A stretch of 64,000 bases of DNA, taken from positions 8,473 through 72,472 of the forward strand of contig JANYHN010000028.1 in NCBI GenBank assembly GCA_025359045.1. Direction: 5' to 3'. The translations under genes were made by a program, and so were the position numbers. The DNA comes from Hyphomicrobiales bacterium (GTDB lineage: Bacteria > Pseudomonadota > Alphaproteobacteria > Rhizobiales > Aestuariivirgaceae). The notes under the pieces are model-generated. The model was given only the letters and a program-made list of their open reading frames with translations. It was not told where the DNA came from and ran no database searches. Of the stretch, positions 1-9,753 are shown in pieces (within the stretch, counting starts at the first letter, position 1; the number at the start of each line of letters is the position of its first letter).

Positions 1-217
1 AGTCGACGACGCTGCTTTGGAAGCTTCGAGTGAAACTTTGGAGCCAGAAGAAAAAGTTCGGGAACTAGAAACCGGGGTTGAAGAACCTCAACCAGATCTT
101 ATCGAACTCCAGTTTTCAGAAATCGACGATAGCATTTCGACATTACGGCAAACACTGATCGAATTAAAAAACTATTTCCCCAATCACGACGATATCGAAG
201 CCCAAAATGCCGCTTGA
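1..217 (+). CDS. 3' end of a gene entering from the left edge; acidic C-terminus, function unknown
   Basis: Frame is open from position 2 (VDDAALEASSETLE...) to TGA at 215-217; no recognisable motif. Confidence 0.5.
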   Translation, partial: VDDAALEASSETLEPEEKVRELETGVEEPQPDLIELQFSEIDDSISTLRQTLIELKNYFPNHDDIEAQNAA

Positions 218-295
218 ATTATCGCTTTAATTTAGATCGGCCTGAACTTTAATAAGTTTTATGGGATCGAATAAGGTCAGAAAAGTCAAAACGCT

Positions 296-916
296 CTAGC
301 GGGTAATATTATCAAGTTTCTGTTGCATCGCCGCGAGTTGATTTTTCAGAGCATCGAGATCATCTCTACTCGCTGCTGCAGTAGAAGCAGGTTTATTGGC
401 TTCCTGGCCTGATCCCGTTGTATTTGGAGCGCCACTATTTATCATGGCTGCAAATGGATTAAACATTTTCATGGCATCATTAAACAGCGCCATATTTTTT
501 TTAGCCTGATCCTCCATACCTTTGAATGCTTCCCCCACACCTGCAGCATCCATCATCTGCTTACGGTATTTTTCTTGATCTTTCATGAGATTATCAAGTG
601 AAAATTCAAGATAACCCGGCACTAAGCCCTGCATAGAATCACCATAAGCTTTAATGAGTTGGCGCAAAAAATTGACAGGGAGCATGGTTTGTGCGCCACC
701 CTTATTTTCTTCTTCAAAAATGATCTGCGTCAAAACTGAACGCGTTATATCTTCACCAGTCTTTGCATCATAGACCAGAAAGTCTGAACCGCTCTTGACC
801 ATTAACGCCAAATCATCGAGCGTTACGTAAGTACTGGTGGCCGTATTGTATAAGCGACGATTGGCATATTTTTTTATGACAGTTGCAGATTTAGCCTGCC
901 CTTGATCTTCACCCAA
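296..916 (-). CDS. phaR: Polyhydroxyalkanoate synthesis repressor PhaR (AniA)
   Basis: N-terminal IKKYANRRLYNT...YVTL DNA-binding motif and TGEDITRSVLTQII; divergent from phaAB. Confidence 0.97.
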   Translation of the reverse strand: MGEDQGQAKSATVIKKYANRRLYNTATSTYVTLDDLALMVKSGSDFLVYDAKTGEDITRSVLTQIIFEEENKGGAQTMLPVNFLRQLIKAYGDSMQGLVPGYLEFSLDNLMKDQEKYRKQMMDAAGVGEAFKGMEDQAKKNMALFNDAMKMFNPFAAMINSGAPNTTGSGQEANKPASTAAASRDDLDALKNQLAAMQQKLDNITR

Positions 917-978
917 AATAACTCTCCCTCACTTCGCTGGCATTCTCCCGATACCCAACGAGAGTAAAACTTGCTCCG

Positions 979-990
979 TGCACCGCACAA
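979..990 (+). promoter_or_regulatory. Putative PhaR operator
   Basis: TGCACCGCACAA fits the TGCRNYGCASMA consensus reported for rhizobial PhaR; lies in the phaR-phaA divergent gap with other TGC..GCA repeats. Confidence 0.65.
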
Positions 991-1102
991 TTGCAAGTGC
1001 AAAAAATCTCGCAGTTGCACGCAATTCAACACTGTGAAATGCCTAAAGGGATGCTATTGTCATTTTCACATAAGCAGAAATTTTCCACTCAGGAGCACCT
1101 AA

Positions 1103-2287
1103 ATGGCCACCTCTACCAATGATATCGTCATCGTTTCAGCCGCACGAACCCCTGTTGGTTCGTTCAACGGAGCGCTTTCCAGTTTAACCGGAGCTCAATT
1201 GGGAACAATTGCTCTCAAAGCAGCCATTGCTCGGGCAAAAGTAGAAGCTGCTGAAATTGATGAAGTCATTTTGGGGCAAATCTTGACAGCCGCTCAAGGC
1301 CAAAACCCTGCACGCCAAGCGGCCGTTCATGCAGGTATACCAGTAACATCACCAGCTTGGGGAATGAATCAGCTTTGCGGTTCAGGTTTACGGGCTGTGG
1401 CATTAGGCATGCAACAAATCGCATCGGGTGATGCAAAGATTGTAGCCGCAGGTGGGCAAGAATCGATGAGCAAGGCACCCCACGCCCAGCATTTGCGAGA
1501 CGGTGTCAAAATGGGCGATTACCAAATGATCGACACCATGATCCGTGACGGATTATGGGATGCGTTTAATGGCTATCATATGGGTAACACGGCTGAAAAC
1601 GTGGCCGCCCAATGGCAAATCACCCGTGACATGCAAGATGTTTTTGCCGTCGCATCACAAAACAAAGCTGAAGCTGCTCAAGCGGCAGGCAAATTCAAAG
1701 ACGAAATCGCTCCCGTCACCATTACATCGCGCAAAGGCGATGTGATCGTTTCAGAAGATGAGTATATCAAGAAGGGCGTGACCCTAGACGCAATTGCAAA
1801 ATTGAAATCCGCCTTCATGAAAGATGGCACTGTGACCGCTGCAAATGCATCTGGCATAAACGACGGCGCCGCTGTGGTTATTCTCATGAGTGCTGCTGAA
1901 GCATCTAAGCGCAGTCTCACACCGCTCGCTCGCATCGCTTCTTGGGCCAGTGTGGGTGTTGATCCAGCGATCATGGGTTCTGGCCCAATCCCAGCATCGC
2001 GTGCCGCTTTGGCCAAGGCAGGCTGGAAAGCTGCAGATTTAGATTTGATCGAAGCAAACGAGGCTTTTGCAGCACAAGCTTGCGCCGTCAACAAAGATAT
2101 GGGCTGGGATACAGCAAAGGTCAATGTGAACGGGGGTGCCATCGCAATAGGCCATCCTGTTGGTGCATCAGGGGCTCGCGTTCTCAACACGTTGCTGTTT
2201 GAAATGGGTCGTAGAAATGCGAAAAAGGGATTAGCAACACTCTGCATCGGCGGCGGCATGGGTGTTGCTATGTGTCTAGAAAGATAA
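1103..2287 (+). CDS. phaA: Acetyl-CoA acetyltransferase (beta-ketothiolase)
   Basis: Thiolase motifs NQLCGSG, NEAFA, GHPVGASG, LCIGGGMG. Confidence 0.97.
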   Translation: MATSTNDIVIVSAARTPVGSFNGALSSLTGAQLGTIALKAAIARAKVEAAEIDEVILGQILTAAQGQNPARQAAVHAGIPVTSPAWGMNQLCGSGLRAVALGMQQIASGDAKIVAAGGQESMSKAPHAQHLRDGVKMGDYQMIDTMIRDGLWDAFNGYHMGNTAENVAAQWQITRDMQDVFAVASQNKAEAAQAAGKFKDEIAPVTITSRKGDVIVSEDEYIKKGVTLDAIAKLKSAFMKDGTVTAANASGINDGAAVVILMSAAEASKRSLTPLARIASWASVGVDPAIMGSGPIPASRAALAKAGWKAADLDLIEANEAFAAQACAVNKDMGWDTAKVNVNGGAIAIGHPVGASGARVLNTLLFEMGRRNAKKGLATLCIGGGMGVAMCLER

Positions 2288-2308
2288 GAAGCGAAACGGG
2301 AGAGATAA

Positions 2309-3034
2309 ATGTCGAGAGTAGCAGTCGTAACCGGAGGCACCAGAGGCATTGGTGCAGAAATTTCTAAAACATTAAAAGCAAATGGCTGCAAAGTTGCTGC
2401 GATCTATGCCGGCAATGACGCAGCCGCGGCTGCCTTTAAAGATGGAACTGGCATAGCAATTTATAAATGCGATGTTTCAAATTACGATATTTGCGTTTCA
2501 ACCTTAAAGCAGATCGAAACCGACCTTGGGCCAGTTGATATTCTCGTCAACAATGCAGGCATCACCCGTGACGCCATGTTCCACAAAATGACTCTGCAAC
2601 AATGGCAAGAGGTCATGAACACCAATCTTAATTCACTTTTCAATATGACCCAACCGATTTGGGGTGGGATGAGAGACCGTAGCTTTGGTCGCATTATCTG
2701 CATCTCGTCGATCAACGGCCAAAAAGGTCAAATGGGCCAAGCCAACTATTCAGCTGCCAAAGCTGGTGATATCGGATTTGTAAAATCTCTCGCTCAAGAA
2801 GGTGCTTCAAAAGGCATTACAGTCAACGCCATTTGCCCGGGCTATATCGCAACCGAAATGGTCATGGCTGTGCCGCAAGAAGTCCGCGAAAAGCGCATCC
2901 TGCCATTAATCCCAGTGGGTCGCTTGGGTGAAGTGTCCGAGATCGCACGCTGTGTGGCATTCTTAGCCGCCGACGAGGCTAGTTTCATTACAGGCTCTAC
3001 CATCACCGCCAATGGCGGGCAATATATGGTCTGA
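2309..3034 (+). CDS. phaB: Acetoacetyl-CoA reductase
   Basis: SDR motifs TGGTRGIG, NNAGITRD, YSAAK and GQKGQMGQANY; follows phaA. Confidence 0.97.
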   Translation: MSRVAVVTGGTRGIGAEISKTLKANGCKVAAIYAGNDAAAAAFKDGTGIAIYKCDVSNYDICVSTLKQIETDLGPVDILVNNAGITRDAMFHKMTLQQWQEVMNTNLNSLFNMTQPIWGGMRDRSFGRIICISSINGQKGQMGQANYSAAKAGDIGFVKSLAQEGASKGITVNAICPGYIATEMVMAVPQEVREKRILPLIPVGRLGEVSEIARCVAFLAADEASFITGSTITANGGQYMV

Positions 3035-3039
3035 CACAT

Positions 3040-3651
3040 ATGGTGATACCACTACGGCTCAAAGCCGAAAATTTGAGCTGTGAACGCGGCGGCAGATTGG
3101 TCTTCAAGGATTTGAGCTTTGATCTGGTGGCAGGTGAATTCGCTGAATTGCGCGGCCCTAACGGCGTTGGAAAATCCTCCTTGTTGCGCTTACTCGCCGG
3201 ACTGAACACTTCGTCAAGCGGCCGCTTGAGTTTGGAGGGAGGCGCACCAGATACAAATTTGGCTGAGCAATCCCATTACATCGGTCATGCCGAAGCTAAC
3301 AAGCCTGCTTTGACGGTGCGTGAAAATCTGGTTTTCTGGCAAAAGTTCTTAGGTGGCAGTGAAAATGCAAATTCGTTTTCTGCATTCAAATTAGAGGCTC
3401 TCGCTGATGATCAAGTACTACTCTTATCAGCTGGCCAGAAGCGCAGGCTGGCCCTGACGCGGCTCGTCGTGGCCCATCGCCCTTTGTGGCTGCTTGACGA
3501 GCCGACAGTGGGCCTTGATACGGCGTCACTTATCATCTTGCAAAACCACATTCATGATCACTTGAAAAATGGTGGCATCGTGATTGCTGCAACTCATGCC
3601 GAGCTTGGCGTGAAGTCGGCGATAAATATTCAATTGGGAAAAGCCGCATAA
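3040..3651 (+). CDS. ccmA: Heme ABC exporter ATP-binding protein CcmA
   Basis: Walker A GPNGVGKS, LSAGQKRR signature, WLLDEP; first gene of the ccm cluster. Confidence 0.95.
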   Translation: MVIPLRLKAENLSCERGGRLVFKDLSFDLVAGEFAELRGPNGVGKSSLLRLLAGLNTSSSGRLSLEGGAPDTNLAEQSHYIGHAEANKPALTVRENLVFWQKFLGGSENANSFSAFKLEALADDQVLLLSAGQKRRLALTRLVVAHRPLWLLDEPTVGLDTASLIILQNHIHDHLKNGGIVIAATHAELGVKSAINIQLGKAA

Positions 3652-4319
3652 TGTTCCAACAAGCTTTGGCCCTCACCACACGCGACGTTGCCCTGGCCCG
3701 CAGGCAAGGCGGCGGCTTAGGCGCAGCATTCGGATTTATCCTATCAGTGATGGTTCTGATTCCTTTGGCTATTGGTCCCGACCAAATTCTTTTATCAAAA
3801 CTCGCCCCCGGACTAATGTGGCTGGCACTTTTATTATCCGTATTGCTGACAGCCGACCGTATGTTTCAACAAGACTTTGAAGACGGCTCTCTTGATGTCA
3901 TGGCCATGGCCAAATTACCTTTAGAGATAGTAACACTAGCCAAAGTGCTCGCGCACTGGTTCACCGTCAGCCTACCTCTGGCCATTATCACCCCACCATT
4001 GGGTCTATTAATGTCAATTGATGTCGGCCAATTGCCAATCTTGCTCGTATCTATGGTCATTGGTTCATTAGCACTTTCATTGCTGGCGGCAGTCGGCGGC
4101 GCGGTTACAGCTGGCCTGCGCCGAGGAGGATTATTGGTGTCATTGCTTGTATTGCCGCTTTATATTCCCGTTTTGATTTTTGGCGTGGCGGCCAGTTCGG
4201 CTAATCTAAGCCCATCCAGTTCAACACCGGCACTAACCGTGCTATGTGCCATCACCCTAATGAGTCTTGTCATCAGCCCTTGGGCGTGTGCCGCAGCCCT
4301 TAAAGCCTATTTGAGATAA
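3651..4319 (+). CDS. ccmB: Heme exporter protein CcmB
   Basis: Multi-TM protein with FQQDFEDGSLD and LVLPLYIPVLIFG motifs. Confidence 0.95.
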   Translation: MFQQALALTTRDVALARRQGGGLGAAFGFILSVMVLIPLAIGPDQILLSKLAPGLMWLALLLSVLLTADRMFQQDFEDGSLDVMAMAKLPLEIVTLAKVLAHWFTVSLPLAIITPPLGLLMSIDVGQLPILLVSMVIGSLALSLLAAVGGAVTAGLRRGGLLVSLLVLPLYIPVLIFGVAASSANLSPSSSTPALTVLCAITLMSLVISPWACAAALKAYLR

Positions 4320-4328
4320 AAATAGATC

Positions 4329-5054
4329 ATGCAACAATTCGCAAACCCCGCAAGATTTCTAAAAATTGCCAATGTTACTCTGCCCTATATTTGGGCTATC
4401 ACCGCAATCCTATTTGCCATCGGCCTCTATGGCGCGCTCGTGATCACACCCCCAGATTATCAGCAAGGCGAGACCGTGCGCATTATGTATGTGCATGTGC
4501 CCGCAGCTTGGCTTGGACTCTTTGTTTATTGTCTCATGGGCTTTTTCAGTGCTGTCGCTTTTGTTTATCGTCACCCATTGGCTGATGCCGCAGCGAAAAC
4601 TGCCGCCCCACTTGGAGCTGTGTTCTGCTTTCTCGCACTCGTAACCGGATCGTTCTGGGGCAAGCCCATGTGGGGCACTTGGTGGGCATGGGGTGATGCC
4701 AGATTGACATCAATGTTCATCCTGCTTCTTTTCTATTTGGGCTACATGGCCGTTTGGAGCAGCATCGATGAACCAACTCGCGCCGCGGCAATTGCTCGAA
4801 TCGTGGCGCTGGTGGGTGTTCTCAATGTATTCGTCGTCAAATTTTCAGTGAATTGGTGGAACTCTCTGCACCAAGGTCCAAGCGTCATAAAAATGGGCGG
4901 CCCTGCAATCGATAAATCGATGCTCTGGGCGCTGCTGACCATGGCCGTTGCCTATACGATGTTATTTCTAGCGCTGCATCTTGTTTCCATGCGCAGTGAA
5001 ATTGCCGCACGCAAGTTGCGCCAAGCCCGTCTTGTCGAAATTGGAAATCGGTAA
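4329..5054 (+). CDS. ccmC: Heme exporter protein CcmC
   Basis: YVHVP, WGKPMWGTWW Trp-rich motif, WWNSLHQ. Confidence 0.96.
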   Translation: MQQFANPARFLKIANVTLPYIWAITAILFAIGLYGALVITPPDYQQGETVRIMYVHVPAAWLGLFVYCLMGFFSAVAFVYRHPLADAAAKTAAPLGAVFCFLALVTGSFWGKPMWGTWWAWGDARLTSMFILLLFYLGYMAVWSSIDEPTRAAAIARIVALVGVLNVFVVKFSVNWWNSLHQGPSVIKMGGPAIDKSMLWALLTMAVAYTMLFLALHLVSMRSEIAARKLRQARLVEIGNR

Positions 5055-5203
5055 TGGATTTTTCCGCAGCACATGTTTCATACGTTATTGCCTCCTATGC
5101 CATTAGTGGCATCTGCGTGATTGGGTTATTTTTATACGTGCTTTTGCGGGATCGCGCGCTGGCCACAAAACTGAAACACATTGTAGAAAAAGATAAGCGA
5201 TGA
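5054..5203 (+). CDS. ccmD: Heme exporter protein CcmD (49 aa; absent from ORF track)
   Basis: Hand translation MDFSAAHVSYVIASYAISGICVIGLFLYVLLRDRALATKLKHIVEKDKR: one TM plus basic tail; overlaps the ccmC stop (TAATG) and ccmG start (ATGA). Confidence 0.85.
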   Translation: MDFSAAHVSYVIASYAISGICVIGLFLYVLLRDRALATKLKHIVEKDKR

Positions 5204-5757
5204 CACGCGGTCGTGGCCTAGCTGCGTTGATCCCCTTCATAGTGTTCGGCGCATTGGCCATCATTTTTTGGCGCAGCCTTTCCAATGATCCAAAATTTAT
5301 CCCGTCCGTGCTCATTAACAAACCAGTGCCCGAATTCAATTTGAGCGCTGTAGAAGGGTTGCAAATTCCAGGTCTTTCGCATGCTGATCTCAAAAAAGGT
5401 AATGTGACAATCGTCAATATCTTTGCATCTTGGTGCGTTCCCTGCCGCGAAGAACAACCACTGCTCATGTCGCTCAGCGCCAACAAAGATATTCATCTCG
5501 TCGGCATCAACAATAAAGATGCACCAGCAGACGCGCGGAATTTTCTTGGCACCTATGGCAATCCATTTACCGCCATTGGTTCCGATATCGATGGCCGCAC
5601 AACAATTAATTTTGGAAGCTATGGCGTACCAGAAACCTTTGTCGTGGATGGCAAGGGCACAATCAGATACAAAGTCATTGGCGGATTAGGCGCCAGCATG
5701 GCCGATGGCAGTTTCTTCAAAGAAGTTCAGAAAGCTGCGTTGCCGCTTAAGCAGTAA
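5200..5757 (+). CDS. ccmG: Thiol:disulfide interchange protein CcmG/DsbE
   Basis: N-terminal TM anchor, WCVPC, YGVPETF. Confidence 0.95.
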   Translation: MTRGRGLAALIPFIVFGALAIIFWRSLSNDPKFIPSVLINKPVPEFNLSAVEGLQIPGLSHADLKKGNVTIVNIFASWCVPCREEQPLLMSLSANKDIHLVGINNKDAPADARNFLGTYGNPFTAIGSDIDGRTTINFGSYGVPETFVVDGKGTIRYKVIGGLGASMADGSFFKEVQKAALPLKQ

Positions 5758-6256
5758 CTATTCTTTTCTTTAGTTTTATTTTTACAGGCTCTTCCGCAGA
5801 AGGTCCTTCATCAATCATATCCATTTCGGAAGCCAAAGTGCCGAGGCATTCCATCACAATACGGCGGTCGCTAGCGTTGAATAAAGAGAGCAGTTGCTTG
5901 TCAATTTCTTCAGCGCCATTCTGGGTAGATTTCAGAATCTTCTTACCAACAGGAGTGAGGCGAATGGCGTTAGCACGCGCATCTTCCTTCGTTCGGCGGC
6001 GCTGCAAATAACCTTGCGCCATTAAACGGGCAACCAAATCAGCCAGAGTAGAGCGATCAATTCCAGTTATCTTAACCAACTCGGTTTGGCTTTTGCCATC
6101 ATTGCTATCTACAGCCGATAAGACCGTGAATTGACGGTGGGTCAAACCAGTCTTGCCAACTTCATCCATATAAAGATGAACAGAATACTGAACAGCACGC
6201 TTCAACAAATGCGAAAAAGAACGCGTAAATTGTTTTGTGTCTTTGTTGCCCGACAT
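5747..6256 (-). CDS. MarR family transcriptional regulator
   Basis: wHTH SQTELVKITGIDRSTLADLVARL and wing motif EDARANAIRLT. Confidence 0.9.
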   Translation of the reverse strand: MSGNKDTKQFTRSFSHLLKRAVQYSVHLYMDEVGKTGLTHRQFTVLSAVDSNDGKSQTELVKITGIDRSTLADLVARLMAQGYLQRRRTKEDARANAIRLTPVGKKILKSTQNGAEEIDKQLLSLFNASDRRIVMECLGTLASEMDMIDEGPSAEEPVKIKLKKRIVTA

Positions 6257-6481
6257 ACTTATTCCCTGTTCCCCACCGACCTCATCTCACCACGTTGCAT
6301 GGTGAAAGACAATTTTATTTCCGAAAAGCTGTCGAGTCCTAGCGAGTCATTGCAAGAGCAGCAAGCAAAACTTGACGAGAACCCTTTCTGAAGATGTAAC
6401 TAGAAACAGAAAAACAAAGAACACAAGTCTTGACAATCAAGATTCTTATTCAACAGTACACGGATGATCAGCAGGCGGAGC

Positions 6482-7030
6482 TTATTTTTCTGGCTGTTCG
6501 TCGATCATATGCTTGGCCATATATGGCGCATTCGCAACTGCGAAAAGCGCAGTTAGGCCCAAAATGCCAAACACTTTGAAATCCACCCAAAGGGGTTCTG
6601 AGTAAAACCAAATCAGGATGTTCAATATCGCAAGTCCGAAAAAGAAAAACGCCCAGCGCAGCGTCAACATTCGCCATGCATCATCTGGCATGTTTAATGC
6701 CTCACCCAACATTGTTTTTAAAAAAAGTTTTTTGAGCCACAAGCCGCCCAACAGAGCGGATCCAAACAAAACATTGATAATCGACACCTTGATTTTAAGA
6801 TAAATTGGGTCTTTAAAATAGAATGTCAATCCACCAAACACCACGACTAAAGCAGCGGTGACCAATTGCACGTATGAAATTTTCTTTGTGATAAAATAAC
6901 CAATAGCCAAAGCAACAAGCGTCGCCACCACAAGTGCAGCCGATGCATAAATCAAATCAAATTTGAGATAGACCGCAAAGAATACCAACAGCGGCCCTAA
7001 GTCTAACAACATTTTTTTATTCTGGCTCAT
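6482..7030 (-). CDS. ispZ: Inner membrane-spanning protein YciB/IspZ
   Basis: LDLGPLLVFF, FGGLT, WVDFKVFG; downstream of ftsY. Confidence 0.93.
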   Translation of the reverse strand: MSQNKKMLLDLGPLLVFFAVYLKFDLIYASAALVVATLVALAIGYFITKKISYVQLVTAALVVVFGGLTFYFKDPIYLKIKVSIINVLFGSALLGGLWLKKLFLKTMLGEALNMPDDAWRMLTLRWAFFFFGLAILNILIWFYSEPLWVDFKVFGILGLTALFAVANAPYMAKHMIDEQPEK

Positions 7031-8505
7031 TCGTCTTCAAATCCTGCAATAGCCCGCGAAAACGCTAGCGCGTCGAAAGGCTGTAAATCATCAATACTTT
7101 CACCAACACCAATGGCATGGATCGGCAATTTAAATTTTTCTGCAATCGCTACGAGAATGCCGCCGCGAGCCGTGCCATCAAGTTTGGTCATAATCAAACC
7201 AGTCACACCTGCAACTTTTGTAAAAATCTCAGCCTGCGCCAATGCATTTTGTCCGGTCGTAGCATCAAGCACCAACAAAACCGCATGGGGCGCTGCTTCA
7301 TCCTGTTTTTTGATAACCCGCACCACTTTATCCAATTCATCCATCAGATAGGCCTTATTTTGAAGGCGGCCTGCCGTGTCGATAAACAATATATCCGTTC
7401 CATCTTCGCGCGCTTGCTTCAACGCATCAAAGGCGAGACCTGCTGAGTCCGCTCCGGTTGGTGCGCTTCTGGTCACCGCACCAATGCGGTTTCCCCAAAT
7501 TGTCAATTGCTCAATAGCTGCAGCACGGAATGTATCACAGGCAGCAAACATCACTTTGTAACCTTCAGAAGCCGCGATTGAACCGAGCTTACCGATTGTT
7601 GTAGTCTTGCCTGAACCATTCACACCAACCACCAAAATCACATATGGTTTTTCTGAACCAAAATTAAATGGCACCTCGACTGGCTTTAGAACTTTGGCCA
7701 CTTCATCGGCTAAAATCTGCTTTACTTCTTCGGGATCAATTTCCTTGTCGTAGCGCCCATATGAAACAGCCTTGATGATGCGTTCTGCGACGGTAATACC
7801 TAAGTCAGCTTGTATGAGAGTATCTTCAAGCTCTTGCAGCGTTTCCTTATCAAGTTTGCGTTTGGTGAAGATTGCGGTAATGGAGCCCGAAATCGTCTTG
7901 GAAGATTTAGAAAGCCCTTCCTTGAGACGCGAAAACCAACCCGTTTTTTGGAGCGGTGGCTCTTCGACAACAACGGGCGCAGGCGCTAAAGGGGGCGGCG
8001 GAGTTGGAGGAAGCACTACAGCCATCGGCGCAATGATTTCTGGCTCTGGCTGAGGTTCAGGGATTGGCCTTGGTTGCGGAACGTGTTTGAGAGGCTTGAG
8101 CGGCGGTACGGTCTTTGCGACAGGTGCAAGTTTTGCCTTCGTTACCGTCACGGGTCGAGGCGGCGGAGCAACTTTTTTAGTTGGAGCGGGCTTTGGCTTT
8201 GCTGCCTTTGGCAGTGGTGGGGCTGGCGCAGCCTTAGTTGCTTTTTTTACGATAGGCTTTGATGTTTCTTTTTTTGAAACTACTTTCTTTGGGGGCTGGG
8301 CCGCTGGAGCTTTTGATTTCGCGGGTGTCTTTGCAAACGGCTGGGCCTTGGCCCTATCAGCCTTTTGCGGCTTTTCAACTTCAATTTTTATTTCGGGTTC
8401 CGGCTCAGGTGCTGGCAAAGCGACTTGCTCAACTTCCACTGGAGCTGCATCTTCAGCAGGTTTGCCTGTAATCCGGTTAAATAGCTTTTTGAAAAAACCA
8501 GCCAT
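7027..8505 (-). CDS. ftsY: Signal recognition particle receptor FtsY
   Basis: GVNGSGKTTT, DTFRAAA, DTAGR, TKLDGTARGG; long Pro/Lys/Ala-rich N-terminal region. Confidence 0.97.
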   Translation of the reverse strand: MAGFFKKLFNRITGKPAEDAAPVEVEQVALPAPEPEPEIKIEVEKPQKADRAKAQPFAKTPAKSKAPAAQPPKKVVSKKETSKPIVKKATKAAPAPPLPKAAKPKPAPTKKVAPPPRPVTVTKAKLAPVAKTVPPLKPLKHVPQPRPIPEPQPEPEIIAPMAVVLPPTPPPPLAPAPVVVEEPPLQKTGWFSRLKEGLSKSSKTISGSITAIFTKRKLDKETLQELEDTLIQADLGITVAERIIKAVSYGRYDKEIDPEEVKQILADEVAKVLKPVEVPFNFGSEKPYVILVVGVNGSGKTTTIGKLGSIAASEGYKVMFAACDTFRAAAIEQLTIWGNRIGAVTRSAPTGADSAGLAFDALKQAREDGTDILFIDTAGRLQNKAYLMDELDKVVRVIKKQDEAAPHAVLLVLDATTGQNALAQAEIFTKVAGVTGLIMTKLDGTARGGILVAIAEKFKLPIHAIGVGESIDDLQPFDALAFSRAIAGFEDE

Positions 8506-8508
8506 TAC

Positions 8509-9753
8509 TCAAATTCCCATCACGAGATGCGAAGCGGCAACGCTCCTGACTTGAGCCTTAATCAACGCACCTGGAACCATCACTGTTTCAAACTTCGCTA
8601 AAGCAAAATGCTCAGTGCGGCCTTGGTTTGGTGTTTCAATTAATACATCGCGCGTGGCTCCCATTTGCGAGGTCATGAAAGCACTCTGCCGCGCTTCGCC
8701 TTTGGCGCGGAGCAGCGCGGCACGGCGTTTAATTATGCTTTGTTCGACAGTTGGCATCTTTGCCGCCGGTGTTCCCGGGCGCTGTGAATAAGGAAATACA
8801 TGAAGATAAGTGAGGCCGCATTCATCAACAATCCGCATTGAGTTTTCGAACATCTCATCGGTCTCAGTGGGAAAACCTGCAATAATATCCGCTCCAAAAA
8901 CCATATCAGGCCGTTTTGCACGCAACATATCACAAAACTCAATTGTATGTTCACGACTGTGCCTGCGCTTCATGCGTTTTAATATCATGTTATCGCCAGA
9001 TTGGAGTGAAAGATGCAGGTGTGGCATCACACGGGCTTCTCCCGTCAGCACTTCAACCAATTGATCATCGACTTCGATGGAATCGATTGAAGACAGACGT
9101 AAGCGTCTAAGATCAGGCACTTGTTCTAAAATTTGAGAAAGCAGAGCCCCAAGCCTCGGACTGCCGTCAAGATCAGCGCCCCATGAAGTCAAATCAACGC
9201 CCGATAAAACCACTTCAGCGTGACCCGATGCTACGAGGCGACGCACTTGTTCGACGGCATCCTTGATCGGCACAGAACGCGAATTGCCGCGCCCATAAGG
9301 GATGATGCAAAACGTGCAGCGATGATCACAGCCATTCTGCACTTGAACAAAAGCCCGCGTGCGGCCTGTGAGTTGCTCGATGATCGGTGGTCGCGTTTCT
9401 TTCACGGCCATAATATCAGATACGTCTACGCGCGGACGATTACTGCCGAGGGCCCAGCTTGATGACTGTAACTTCTCTTCGTTACCCAATACACGCGAAA
9501 CTTCGGGCATCGCAGCAAACATTTCTGGATCAGTCTGGGCGGCACAGCCGGTGACTATAATTTGGCGCTCAGGATTCTTTTTGTGTGCCTTACGAATGGC
9601 TTGCCTCGCCTGCCTTGTGGCTTCTGCTGTAACCGCACAGGTATTGAACACCATGGCATTCTGCAGGCCTGCATTTTCAGCATGACCACGCATCACTTCG
9701 GTCTCAAATGTATTGAGCCTGCAACCAAAACTTATATGTTCCACCGTTGTCAC
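8509..9753 (-). CDS. mtaB: tRNA t6A37 methylthiotransferase MtaB
   Basis: FGCRLN, NTCAVT, radical-SAM motif CDHRCTFC; dapF-mtaB-ftsY context. Confidence 0.93.
   Translation of the reverse strand: MTTVEHISFGCRLNTFETEVMRGHAENAGLQNAMVFNTCAVTAEATRQARQAIRKAHKKNPERQIIVTGCAAQTDPEMFAAMPEVSRVLGNEEKLQSSSWALGSNRPRVDVSDIMAVKETRPPIIEQLTGRTRAFVQVQNGCDHRCTFCIIPYGRGNSRSVPIKDAVEQVRRLVASGHAEVVLSGVDLTSWGADLDGSPRLGALLSQILEQVPDLRRLRLSSIDSIEVDDQLVEVLTGEARVMPHLHLSLQSGDNMILKRMKRRHSREHTIEFCDMLRAKRPDMVFGADIIAGFPTETDEMFENSMRIVDECGLTYLHVFPYSQRPGTPAAKMPTVEQSIIKRRAALLRAKGEARQSAFMTSQMGATRDVLIETPNQGRTEHFALAKFETVMVPGALIKAQVRSVAASHLVMGI

Noticed and set aside
1678-2391. 237-aa minus-strand ORF and many similar long alternative-frame ORFs (e.g. 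8087-8554, 17952-18440, 28666-29169, 50492-51010)
   Set aside because: Antisense or shifted-frame shadows of well-supported genes; no motifs or SD sequences.
4660-4710. CcmC WWD motif reads WWAWGDARLT (extra Gly)
   Set aside because: In-frame single-residue variation with all flanking conserved residues and His ligands present; probably lineage variation.
3040-5757. ccm cluster lacks ccmE, ccmF and ccmH
   Set aside because: A split ccmABCDG / ccmEFH arrangement is normal in alphaproteobacteria.
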